A DNA stretch of 64,000 bases, taken from the NCBI GenBank assembly GCA_949841465.1, contig CATKZW010000002.1:37961-101960 (forward strand), written 5' to 3'. The notes under the pieces were generated by a model. The model was not told where the DNA came from. It saw only the letters and a list, made by a program, of their open reading frames with translations, and did no database searches. The position numbers were made by a program, and so were the translations under genes. This DNA comes from an uncultured Oscillospiraceae bacterium. Its GTDB lineage: Bacteria > Bacillota > Clostridia > Oscillospirales > Oscillospiraceae. This document shows positions 1 to 8,684 of the stretch, in pieces (the stretch's first letter is position 1; each line of letters starts with the position of its first letter).

Positions 1-2
1 TT

Positions 3-488
3 ATTGACCCGGATCAGGCGGTCATCGGCGGGCAGTGGGACCGGGGGACGGGGAAAATCGCCCCCACTGTCCTGGACCGTGCCGCCTGGGACGACGCGGC
101 CATGCAGGAGGAGATTTTCGGCCCCATCCTGCCCGTGCTCACCTTTGACAGCTTCGAGCAGCTGTACGCAGACCTGGCGGACCGCCCCCTGCCCCTGGCG
201 CTTTACCTGTTTTCTCAGAACAAGGCCCGCGTCCGGGAGGCCATGTCCAGGCTGCGCTTTGGCGGCGGGTGCGTCAACGACGTGGTCATTCACCTGGCAA
301 CCAGCGAGATGGGCTTCGGCGGCGTGGGGGAGAGCGGTATGGGGGCCTACCATGGACGAGCGGGCTTTGACGCCTTCTCCCACACAAAAAGCATCGTGGA
401 CAAAAAGACCTGGATAGATCTGCCCATGCGGTATCAGCCCTATCGGAAGGAGCTGTACGGCAGGCTGCTGCGCCTGTTTCTGAGGTAG
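3..488 (+). CDS. Aldehyde dehydrogenase, C-terminal part (gene starts before the window)
   Basis: EEIFGPILP, PLALYLFS and FGGVGESGMGAYHG ALDH motifs; the frame is open from base 3. Confidence 0.92.
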   Translation: MDPDQAVIGGQWDRGTGKIAPTVLDRAAWDDAAMQEEIFGPILPVLTFDSFEQLYADLADRPLPLALYLFSQNKARVREAMSRLRFGGGCVNDVVIHLATSEMGFGGVGESGMGAYHGRAGFDAFSHTKSIVDKKTWIDLPMRYQPYRKELYGRLLRLFLR

Positions 489-516
489 GGCCGGGACTGC
501 GCCGCGGTATGGGATG

Positions 517-566
517 ACAGCAGCGCCGGAGAGGGGCGGGAGGCCTCCTCTCCGGCGCTGTTTGTC
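517..566 (+). terminator. Intrinsic terminator after the ALDH gene
   Basis: 14-bp stem CAGCGCCGGAGAGG (521-534) / CCTCTCCGGCGCTG (547-560), followed by TTTGT. Confidence 0.7.
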
Positions 567-709
567 CACTGTTAAGCACAGCGAGCGCCGCAAAAGGAGG
601 TATCCGCGGCCATTGACGTGGAGGAGCAGCGCGGAACGTGCACATTGCACAGAGTATCCCTTGGGATTTTTACCAAAATTCGTGCAATAAGACTGGATAA
701 TTTTCCATC

Positions 710-761
710 TTGTAGAAATCGAAGTTTAGGAGTATTCTTAAAGTAATTAATTTAATAAATT
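710..761 (+). promoter_or_regulatory. Candidate sigma-A promoter of the sugar operon with a downstream AT-rich near-palindrome (possible ROK operator)
   Basis: TTGTAG(710-715)-17 bp-TATTCT(733-738); AATTTAATAAATT at 749-761 in an AT-rich island. Confidence 0.4.
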
Positions 762-870
762 CACAGGATCTGGACAGGGGCATGCCCCTGTCTGCCGCCT
801 GATGGCGGCAGACCCCGACCGCCCCCGGCAGAACGGGGCCCGCCGTGAGAAGAGAAAGGAAGGATTCATT

Positions 871-2028
871 ATGCCTCTGGTTCCAATGAAAGCTATTCTG
901 GACGCCACTGAAACGTACAACTATGCCCAAGGTGCGTTCAACGTCAACGCCGTGTGCCAGGCCAAAGCCGTTATTGAGGTGCACGAGATGTTCCGTTCCG
1001 CCGCCATCCTCCAGGGCGCGGACCTGGCCAACGCCTTCATGGGGGGGCGTACCGACTTCGCCCAAGGCACCCTGGAGGACAAGAAGAAGGGCGCGCTGAA
1101 CATCGCCAACGCGGTGAAGAAGTACGCCGAGACCAGTCCCATCCCCGTGGCCCTGCACCTGGACCACGGCAAGAATATGGAGTCCTGCGTGGCCGCCATC
1201 GCCGGCGGGTACACCTCCGTGATGATCGACGGCTCCTCCCTGCCCTTCGACGAGAACGTGGAGCTCACCCGCGAGGTGGTGAAGTACGCCCACGAGCGGG
1301 GCGTCACCGTGGAGGGTGAGCTGGGCGTGCTGGCCGGGGTGGAGGACCATGTGTTTGCCGCCAACTCCACCTATACCAACCCCATGGACGCGGTGAAGTT
1401 CTTCCGCCAGACCGGAGTGGACGCCCTGGCCATCAGCTACGGTACCAAGCACGGGGCCAACAAGGGGAAGGACACCGTCATTCGCAAGGAGATTGCCATC
1501 GCCACCAAGGAGTGCATGCTGCACGAGGGCATCGAGGGCACTCTGGTGAGCCACGGCTCATCCACCGTGCCCCAGTACATCGTCTCCGAGATCAACGCCC
1601 TGGGCGGCGATATCCACGACGCCTACGGCATCAAGAAGGAACAGCTCAAAGAGGTGTCCAAGCTGGGCATCCGCAAGATCAACGTGGACACCGACATCCG
1701 CCTGGCCGTCACCCGCAACCTGCGGGAGCTGTTCCGGGACGAGCCGGAGCTGCGGGAGAGCTCCACCGTCAGCGCCATCTACCAGCTCCTGCTGGCCAAC
1801 CCCTCCGCCTTTGACCCCCGGGTGTTCCTGCCCCCCATCATGGACACCGTCATGTACGGCAATGTGCCCGACGAGGACGTGGGCTGCATTGTGGACTGCA
1901 TCGAGCGGGGCGTGAAGGAGGTCGTGGGCACCCTGATCGTGGAGTTTGACAGCGTGGGCAGGGCCCCGCTCATTGAGAACGTCTCCCTGGACGAGATGGC
2001 GGAGCGGTATCGGAAGAAGGGCATCTGA
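871..2028 (+). CDS. fba: Class II fructose/tagatose-bisphosphate aldolase family protein
   Basis: VALHLDHG, TSVMIDGS, VEGELG, LAISYGTKHG and KINVDTD motifs; SD GAAAGGAAGG upstream of ATG 871. Confidence 0.88.
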   Translation: MPLVPMKAILDATETYNYAQGAFNVNAVCQAKAVIEVHEMFRSAAILQGADLANAFMGGRTDFAQGTLEDKKKGALNIANAVKKYAETSPIPVALHLDHGKNMESCVAAIAGGYTSVMIDGSSLPFDENVELTREVVKYAHERGVTVEGELGVLAGVEDHVFAANSTYTNPMDAVKFFRQTGVDALAISYGTKHGANKGKDTVIRKEIAIATKECMLHEGIEGTLVSHGSSTVPQYIVSEINALGGDIHDAYGIKKEQLKEVSKLGIRKINVDTDIRLAVTRNLRELFRDEPELRESSTVSAIYQLLLANPSAFDPRVFLPPIMDTVMYGNVPDEDVGCIVDCIERGVKEVVGTLIVEFDSVGRAPLIENVSLDEMAERYRKKGI

Positions 2029-2161
2029 ACCAGGCGGAGGGGAGGCGCAGCGGCGGTAAGGGTCAGCCCCCTGCGGTATGAACTGTCCCCGCAGGGGGAC
2101 AGGGGTGCGCCTCCCACGTTCCGTGCTGTACACTGCAAACTATTGATTGGAGAATCAAGCT

Positions 2162-3325
2162 ATGGGAAAAAACATTCTCGTCGCCCACGGCGGCGGGCCC
2201 ACCGCCGTGATCAACTGCTCCCTGCAAGGGGTGGTGGAGGCCGCCCGGGCGTCCGGGCAGGTGGACAAAATCTACGCCGCCCGCTTTGGCGCGGAAGGCA
2301 TCCTGGCCGGAGACCTCATCGACCTGACGGACGTGCCCGCTGCCGTCATCGCCCGCCTGCGGAACACCCCCGCCTCCGCCATCGGCTCCTGCCGCCGGAA
2401 GCTGGGGGAGGCGGACTACCCCACCGTGCTGGAAACGCTGAGAAGGTTCGAGATCGACTGCTTCTTCTACAACGGCGGCAACGACTCCATGGACACCTGC
2501 AATAAAGTAAACGAGCTGGCAAAAAAAGAGGGGTTGGACGTCCGGGTCATCGGGATCCCCAAGACCATGGACAACGACCTGGATCTCACCGACCACTGCC
2601 CTGGCTTCGGCTCCGCCGCCCGGTACGCCGCGCTCAGCTCCGCCGAGCTGGCCCTGGACGCCTCCGGCCTGCCCATCCACGTGGTGGTGCTGGAGCTGAT
2701 GGGCCGCAACGCGGGCTGGGTCACCGCCGCCAGCGCAATGGCGGCGCGGCTCACCGACTGCCAGGTGCTGACCTACCTGCCCGAGGTCCCGGTGGACGAG
2801 GACAGGATGCTGGCCGACATTGAGAAGGGCTACGCCAAGGGGAAGGGCCTGCTGGTCGCCGTCAGCGAGGGCGTCTGCGGCCTGGACGGCAAGCCTTTGG
2901 CCGACACCGGCATGGTGGACGGCTTCGGCCACACGGTGCCCGGCGGCACCGCCCAGCACATCACCGACCAGATCATCCGGAAGCTGGGCCTCAAGTCCCG
3001 GGCGGAAAAGCCGGGGCTGTTGGGCCGGGCCAGCATCCCCTATGTGTCCTCCACCGACCGGGAGGAGGCATATGCCGTGGGCCGCTTCGCGGTGGAATCC
3101 GCGCTGAACGGGGAGAGCGGGTATATGGTAGCCATCGACGCGGTGCGCAGCCCGTCCTACTCCAGCAGCCTGTCGCTGGTGCCGCTGGACAAGGTGGCCA
3201 ATGTGGAGAAGAAGTTCCCCCTGGAGTGGATCGTGGACGGCAATCAGATCGCGGACGGGTTCTTTGATTATGCGATGCCTCTGATGGGGGATGCGTTCCC
3301 GGAATACGCTTTGCTGAGAAAGTGA
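2162..3325 (+). CDS. pfp: Phosphofructokinase (PfkA family), PPi-dependent signature
   Basis: HGGGPTAVIN, GGNDS (Asp at the donor-specificity position), PKTMDND and ELMGRNAGW motifs. Confidence 0.85.
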   Translation: MGKNILVAHGGGPTAVINCSLQGVVEAARASGQVDKIYAARFGAEGILAGDLIDLTDVPAAVIARLRNTPASAIGSCRRKLGEADYPTVLETLRRFEIDCFFYNGGNDSMDTCNKVNELAKKEGLDVRVIGIPKTMDNDLDLTDHCPGFGSAARYAALSSAELALDASGLPIHVVVLELMGRNAGWVTAASAMAARLTDCQVLTYLPEVPVDEDRMLADIEKGYAKGKGLLVAVSEGVCGLDGKPLADTGMVDGFGHTVPGGTAQHITDQIIRKLGLKSRAEKPGLLGRASIPYVSSTDREEAYAVGRFAVESALNGESGYMVAIDAVRSPSYSSSLSLVPLDKVANVEKKFPLEWIVDGNQIADGFFDYAMPLMGDAFPEYALLRK

Positions 3326-3335
3326 GAAAAGGGAT

Positions 3336-4172
3336 ATGAAACATATTTACTTGAACTTGAAGCGGTTTGACGTGCCTGTGGAGCTGGGCGGCGTGAACCG
3401 GCTGGCCCCTATAAAGGACTGGGGCGCGGCGGTGGTAAACGGCACCCAGGAGGCGCTGCGCAGATATGACCCGGCCAAGGTGGAGTTCGTCCAGTACCTG
3501 CCGGAGGCTCACCTGCTGGGGGCGGTTTCCGCGCTGACCGAGGGCAGCCCGGTGCAGCTGGGCAGCCAGGGCGTGTACCGCATGAACACGGCGGCGGGGG
3601 GTAACTTCGGGGCCTTCACCACCAACCGGCCCGCCTCCATTGTCAAGGCCATGGGCTGCACCTCCACCCTCATCGGCCACTGCGAGGAGCGCAACGACAA
3701 GAAGGGCGTCCTGGCCGAGGCGGGGGTGACGGACATGAGCGCCGTCAACCGTCTGCTGAACCAGGAGATCAAATGCGCTCAGGACGCGGGGCTGACGGTG
3801 CTGTACTGCATCGGCGAGACCGCCGAGGAGCAGCCCCAGTGGGAGCAGGTGCTGGGCGAGCAGCTGGATGTCGGCCTGGACGGCGTGGACAAGGGCCGGG
3901 TGGTCATCGGCTATGAGCCGGTGTGGTCCATCGGTCCGGGCAAAACCCCGGCGGACAAGGACTACATTACCAAAATCGCCCGCTTCGTCAAGGAGCGCAC
4001 AGCTGGCATGGACGTGGTGTACGGCGGCGGGCTGAAGGCGGACAACGCCGCCATGCTGGCCTCCATTGAGGAGATCGACGGCGGGCTGATCGCCCTGACC
4101 CGCTTCCAGGGCGAAATCGGCTTCTATCCCGACGAGTATCTGGAGATCATCCGTTTGTACTTGGGCGAATAA
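3336..4172 (+). CDS. Divergent triose-phosphate isomerase family protein
   Basis: NLK, GHCEER, YEPVWSIGPG and YGGG motifs; catalytic Lys, His and Glu are retained but the flanking motifs are non-canonical. Confidence 0.85.
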   Translation: MKHIYLNLKRFDVPVELGGVNRLAPIKDWGAAVVNGTQEALRRYDPAKVEFVQYLPEAHLLGAVSALTEGSPVQLGSQGVYRMNTAAGGNFGAFTTNRPASIVKAMGCTSTLIGHCEERNDKKGVLAEAGVTDMSAVNRLLNQEIKCAQDAGLTVLYCIGETAEEQPQWEQVLGEQLDVGLDGVDKGRVVIGYEPVWSIGPGKTPADKDYITKIARFVKERTAGMDVVYGGGLKADNAAMLASIEEIDGGLIALTRFQGEIGFYPDEYLEIIRLYLGE

Positions 4173-4272
4173 AAAGAGGAGCGAAACGCAGTTTCGCGGT
4201 CAAAAGTTTTTCTTTTTGGTTCTTTTTCTTTTTCCAAAAAGAAAAAGAATACCACCAACAAGGAGGGCGCAC

Positions 4273-5757
4273 ATGAAACTGGAATTTGAATACGGTCACG
4301 GCCTGATGGCCGCCGACCTGCCCGACAGCACCTACGTGTTCATCCCCGGCGAGACCGTGGCCGATCCCCCCTGCCTGCCCCAGGACTGGGACAGCTTGTA
4401 TAACGCCACTCTGGAGAGTATTCGCAATCCCATCGTCATGCCGCCCCTCAAGGAGCTGGCCGGCCCTGGCAAGACGGTGGTGTTCGTCATCCCGGACATT
4501 GTGAAGGGCGGCTGCCAGCCCACCGCTCACCGGAAGGTGTCCATCCGGGCTTGTCTGGACGAGCTGTACGCCGCCGGGGTGGAGAAAAAGGACATCCTGC
4601 TGCTGTTCTCCAACGGTCTGCATCCTCGGGCCACCGTGGGCGAGATGAAGCAGATTCTGGGCGAGGAGCTGTTCAACGAGTTCTATTGGACCGGCCAGAT
4701 CACCAGCCACGACAGCGAGGACTATGACCATATGGCGGATCTGGGGGTCACCCGCCGGGGGGACCCGGTGCTGATGAACAAGTACGTGTTCGACTGTGAT
4801 ATCCCCATCCTGATCGGCCACACCCAGGGCAATCCCTACGGCGGCTATTCCGGCGGGTACAAGCACTGCGCCACCGGCATTACCCACTGGCGGAGCATTG
4901 CCAGCCACCACGTCCCCGACGTGATGCACCGGGCGGACTTCACCCCGGTGTCCGGCAAGAACCTGATGCGCACCAAGTTCGACGAGATCGGCATGTGGAT
5001 GGAGGAGAAGATGGGCCATCCCTTCTTCTGCTGCGACGCGGTGCTGGACACCTACTCCCGTCAGATCGCCGTCTTCTCCGGCTACGCCAAGGAGATGATG
5101 CCGGTGAGCTGGGAGGTCGCCGACAAGCGCACCTACGTGCTCTGGGCGGAGAAGAAGTACGACGTGATGGTGTTCGGCATGCCCCAGGCCTTCCACTACG
5201 GCGACGGCATGGGCACCAACCCCATCCAGATGATGCAGGCGCTCAGCGCTCAGGTCATCCGCCACAAGCGGGTGATGAAGGACAACTGCGTTATCATCTG
5301 CTCGTCCATCTGCAACGGCTACTTCCACGACGAGCGCTGGCCCTACCTGCGGGAGCTGTACGAGCTGTTCCAGCACGACTATATGAACGTTCTGCCGGAT
5401 ATGAACCGCTACGGCGAGTATTTCGCCACCAACCAGGAGTACATCCGCAAGTACCGCTTCGCCAACGCCTTCCACCCCTTCCACGGCTTTTCCATGATGA
5501 GCTGCGGTCACATCGCCGAGATGAACACCGCCGCCATCTACATCGTAGGGGCCCAGGAGCCGGGCATCGCCCGGGGCATGGGGCTCAAGACCCGGGCCAC
5601 CTTTGAAGAGGCGCTGGCGGACGCAAAGAAAAAGTTTGTGGGGGAGAATCCCAGCATCCTGGCCCTGCCCAAGACCTTCAAGGTGGGCGCGGTCCACCTG
5701 TGCATGAAGGACCAGCCCTACGACGGCACCAACGGCTGCGGCTGCTGCGGGTGCTGA
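4273..5757 (+). CDS. LarA (lactate racemase)/DUF2088 family nickel-pincer-dependent racemase/epimerase
   Basis: PDIV, SHD and GGYSGGYK motifs, with His at +16 from the Lys; SD AAGGAGG upstream of ATG 4273. Confidence 0.8.
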   Translation: MKLEFEYGHGLMAADLPDSTYVFIPGETVADPPCLPQDWDSLYNATLESIRNPIVMPPLKELAGPGKTVVFVIPDIVKGGCQPTAHRKVSIRACLDELYAAGVEKKDILLLFSNGLHPRATVGEMKQILGEELFNEFYWTGQITSHDSEDYDHMADLGVTRRGDPVLMNKYVFDCDIPILIGHTQGNPYGGYSGGYKHCATGITHWRSIASHHVPDVMHRADFTPVSGKNLMRTKFDEIGMWMEEKMGHPFFCCDAVLDTYSRQIAVFSGYAKEMMPVSWEVADKRTYVLWAEKKYDVMVFGMPQAFHYGDGMGTNPIQMMQALSAQVIRHKRVMKDNCVIICSSICNGYFHDERWPYLRELYELFQHDYMNVLPDMNRYGEYFATNQEYIRKYRFANAFHPFHGFSMMSCGHIAEMNTAAIYIVGAQEPGIARGMGLKTRATFEEALADAKKKFVGENPSILALPKTFKVGAVHLCMKDQPYDGTNGCGCCGC

Positions 5758-5837
5758 ACGCCCACCCTGTGAACGGCAAGACGGCCCCGGGCAGGCCCAG
5801 GGGCTGAACATGAGAAAAGAGTAAAGGAAGGTGTCGT

Positions 5838-6668
5838 ATGAGCAAAACAACGCAGGCAAAGAGGCCCTTGACCCAGGCGGAAAAGCGGAATAAGACGATC
5901 AACCGGCTGTGGCTGCTGCTGTCCCTGGTGGTGGCGCTGATCGTGTGGTTCCTGCTGTCCATCGGGGAGAAAACCGGGCGCAGTTTCCCGTTCTTATTCT
6001 CCATTGGCGGCAGGGACTCGGTAATCCAGGGCCTCCAGACCATGATTGAGCGCGACGCGCTGTGGAGCGATTTCGCCAGCAGTATGATCTCGGTGGCCAT
6101 GGGCTTCGGTCTGGGCTTCCTAACCTCCCTGCCCATGGCCTTCCTCATGGCCTGGTACACCCCGGTGCGCAAAATCATCGAGCCCTGGATCAACTTCATC
6201 CGCAACATCCCCGCCCTGGCCTACGCGCCCCTGGTGGTCCTCATGCTGGGCGTGGGGCGTACCCCGTCCGTGGTGCTGATCTGGATCTGCACCTTCATGA
6301 CCATGTGCATCACTATCTTCCACGGCATCCGCAACATCGACAACACCCTGGTCAAGGCGGCCAAGGTGCTGGGCGCCACCGACATGGATATCTTTTTCCG
6401 CATCACCCTGCCCGCCACGGTGCCCTTCATCCTCACCGCCGTGCGCCTGGGCCTGAGCGCGGGCCTGACCACCCTGCTGGCGGCTGAGTCCACCGGCGCA
6501 AGGGCCGGCCTGGGCATGCGCATCCGCACCCTCCAGAGCACCTTTGAGACCAACGCCATGCTGGGCTACATCATCATCATCGGCATCATCGGCACGCTGC
6601 TGAACATCCTTGTGGACTTCATCGAAAGGAGGCTGACCTCATGGCAGGAGAAGCGGGAAGAGGCGTAA
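5838..6668 (+). CDS. ABC transporter permease, NitT/TauT (SsuC/TauC) type
   Basis: Hydrophobic helices, RNIPALAYAPL, the EAA-like loop AAKVLGA, and AAESTGARAGLG. Confidence 0.9.
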   Translation: MSKTTQAKRPLTQAEKRNKTINRLWLLLSLVVALIVWFLLSIGEKTGRSFPFLFSIGGRDSVIQGLQTMIERDALWSDFASSMISVAMGFGLGFLTSLPMAFLMAWYTPVRKIIEPWINFIRNIPALAYAPLVVLMLGVGRTPSVVLIWICTFMTMCITIFHGIRNIDNTLVKAAKVLGATDMDIFFRITLPATVPFILTAVRLGLSAGLTTLLAAESTGARAGLGMRIRTLQSTFETNAMLGYIIIIGIIGTLLNILVDFIERRLTSWQEKREEA

Positions 6669-7435
6669 AAATTCAGATTAAAAACGTCAAGAAAGAATAC
6701 CACGGCGACCACGGCACCACCGTGGCCCTCAACGGCGTCAACCTGGACATCATGGAGAACGAGTTTGTCTGCGTGGTGGGCCCCTCCGGCTGCGGCAAGT
6801 CCACTCTGCTGAACATCCTGGCCGGCCTCCACGAGGCCACCTCCGGCGAGTGCTGCCTGGACGGTGAGCTCATCCACGGCACCGATGTGAAGCGGGGCGT
6901 GGTGTTCCAGCAGTACGCCCTGTTCCCCTGGCAGACCGTGATCCAGAACGTCATGTTTGGTCCCCAGATGAAGCGCCTGCCCAAGACGGAGTGCGAGACC
7001 ATCGCCCGCAAGTACATCAAGATGGTGGGGCTGGAGGACTTTGAAAACTCCTTCCCCAAGGAGCTGTCCGGCGGCATGAAGCAGCGGGTGGCCATCGCCC
7101 GGGCCTACGCCAACAATCCCGAGGTACTGCTCATGGACGAGCCCTTCGGCGCGCTGGACGCCCAGACCCGCGCCCAGCTCCAGACCGAGCTGCTCAAGAC
7201 CTGGGAGGAGGAAAAGAAGACCTGCTTCTTCATCACCCACGACGTGGACGAGGCCGTGCTGCTGGCCCAGCGGGTGGTCATCATGTCCGCCCGGCCCGGG
7301 CGCATCAAGCGGATCGTGGACATCGACATCCCCTATCCCCGGGACCAGGGCACCAAGAGCGACCCCCGGTTCATGGAGCTGAAGGCGGAGATCTGGAACG
7401 AGGTCTACCAGGAGTACCTGGAGGTCCGCAAGTAA
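6641..7435 (+). CDS. ABC transporter ATP-binding protein, NitT/TauT (SsuB/TauB) type; true start may be slightly downstream
   Basis: GPSGCGKST, LSGGMKQR, LLMDEPFGALDAQTR and ITHDVDEA motifs. Confidence 0.92.
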   Translation: MAGEAGRGVKIQIKNVKKEYHGDHGTTVALNGVNLDIMENEFVCVVGPSGCGKSTLLNILAGLHEATSGECCLDGELIHGTDVKRGVVFQQYALFPWQTVIQNVMFGPQMKRLPKTECETIARKYIKMVGLEDFENSFPKELSGGMKQRVAIARAYANNPEVLLMDEPFGALDAQTRAQLQTELLKTWEEEKKTCFFITHDVDEAVLLAQRVVIMSARPGRIKRIVDIDIPYPRDQGTKSDPRFMELKAEIWNEVYQEYLEVRK

Positions 7436-7501
7436 CCCGTACCTGGCCGCCCCAAGGCGGTGAACATACAGGTAAACGCAACAAACAAATCAAGGAGGAA
7501 C

Positions 7502-8578
7502 ATGAAAATGAAGAAATTGACTGCTCTGCTGCTGGCCCTGGTCATGATGATGTCCCTGATGGCCTGCGGCGGCGACGCCGGCAAGACCAGCACGCCCCCG
7601 GCCAGCGAGCCCGCCGCCCCCGCCAGCGAGCCTGCCGCTCCTGAGGGCACGCCCGAGCCTGCCGGTCCCGAGCCCATCAAGCTGACCATCGCCTATATGC
7701 CCAACTACGCCTCCCTCTGGGGCGTGCTGTCCGCCATGGAGCAGGGCTTCTTTGAGGAAGAGGGCATCACCCTTGAGCTGAAGGAGTTCCCCGACGGCCC
7801 CTCTGAGGTGGCCGCCATGGAGAGCGGCGACGTCCAGCTGGCCTACATCGGCAAGGGCGCCCACCGCCTGTGCATCCTGGGCAACGCCATCATCTTCGCG
7901 CCCAGCTCCGTCCACACCGTGGATAAGGTGGTGTGCATGCCCGACAGCGGCATCCAGTCCGTGGAGGACCTGAGGGGCAAGACCATCGCCTTCAACGCCG
8001 GTTCCTCCTCCGAGACCACCTTTGACAACGCCCTGAAAGTGGGCGGCCTGACCCGGGACGATGTGGACCCCTACGACATGGGCATTGACTACATGGTGCC
8101 CGCCGCCGTGTCTCGCTCCATCGACGCCGCCGTGTGCTGGAACCCGTACTCCGGCCAGATCCTCCAGCAGGTGGAGGGCTCCTACGAGATCGAGTTCGCC
8201 GACGGCTCCACCAACATCTCCAGCTGGATCTGCCTGCCCAAGTACGCCGAGGAGAACCACGACGTCCTGGTGCGCTTCAGCCGCGCCCTGTACAAGGGCA
8301 TGGACTGGGGCTCCAAGGAGGAGAACTACGACACCGTGGCCCAGTACTGCGCCAACCAGACCAAGACCAGCCTGGAGGCCAACCAGCTCCAGGTGGGCGA
8401 CGCCCATTGGTTCAACATCGCTGACCTGACCTCCGGCCTCTCCGACGGCGCCATCAGGAAGTACTACGAGGGGATGCAGAACGACATGGTCCAGGGCGGC
8501 AACATCGAGGCCGGCCAGGCCAAGGAGGACGTGGGCGACTTCGTCCTGTTCGACGTGATGGAGGAGGCCCTGAAGTAA
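7502..8578 (+). CDS. ABC transporter substrate-binding lipoprotein, SsuA/TauA-like
   Basis: Lipobox SLMAC, a Pro/Ala linker, DLRGKTIA and DAAVCWNP motifs; SD AAGGAGG. Confidence 0.88.
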   Translation: MKMKKLTALLLALVMMMSLMACGGDAGKTSTPPASEPAAPASEPAAPEGTPEPAGPEPIKLTIAYMPNYASLWGVLSAMEQGFFEEEGITLELKEFPDGPSEVAAMESGDVQLAYIGKGAHRLCILGNAIIFAPSSVHTVDKVVCMPDSGIQSVEDLRGKTIAFNAGSSSETTFDNALKVGGLTRDDVDPYDMGIDYMVPAAVSRSIDAAVCWNPYSGQILQQVEGSYEIEFADGSTNISSWICLPKYAEENHDVLVRFSRALYKGMDWGSKEENYDTVAQYCANQTKTSLEANQLQVGDAHWFNIADLTSGLSDGAIRKYYEGMQNDMVQGGNIEAGQAKEDVGDFVLFDVMEEALK

Positions 8579-8684
8579 GCCCCATCCCAAATCAAACAGC
8601 GTTCCGCACATAGGAACGGGCCCTATGGGACGGCAGATTAGGTCCGCCCCATGGGGCCCGTTTTCTCCGAAAGGAGGAGAGCAC

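Noticed and set aside
3-488. ALDH as the sulfolactaldehyde dehydrogenase of the neighbouring operon
   Set aside because: It is separated by a terminator and a new promoter and looks like a generic ALDH3-type enzyme; the link is possible but unsupported.
595-746. SD-like AAGGAGGT at about 595 with a downstream short ORF
   Set aside because: No start codon at proper spacing, and the ORF runs through the AT-rich promoter region.
7595-7670. 21-bp tandem repeats in the SBP gene
   Set aside because: They encode an ordinary Pro/Ala/Glu lipoprotein linker (ASEPAAP twice).
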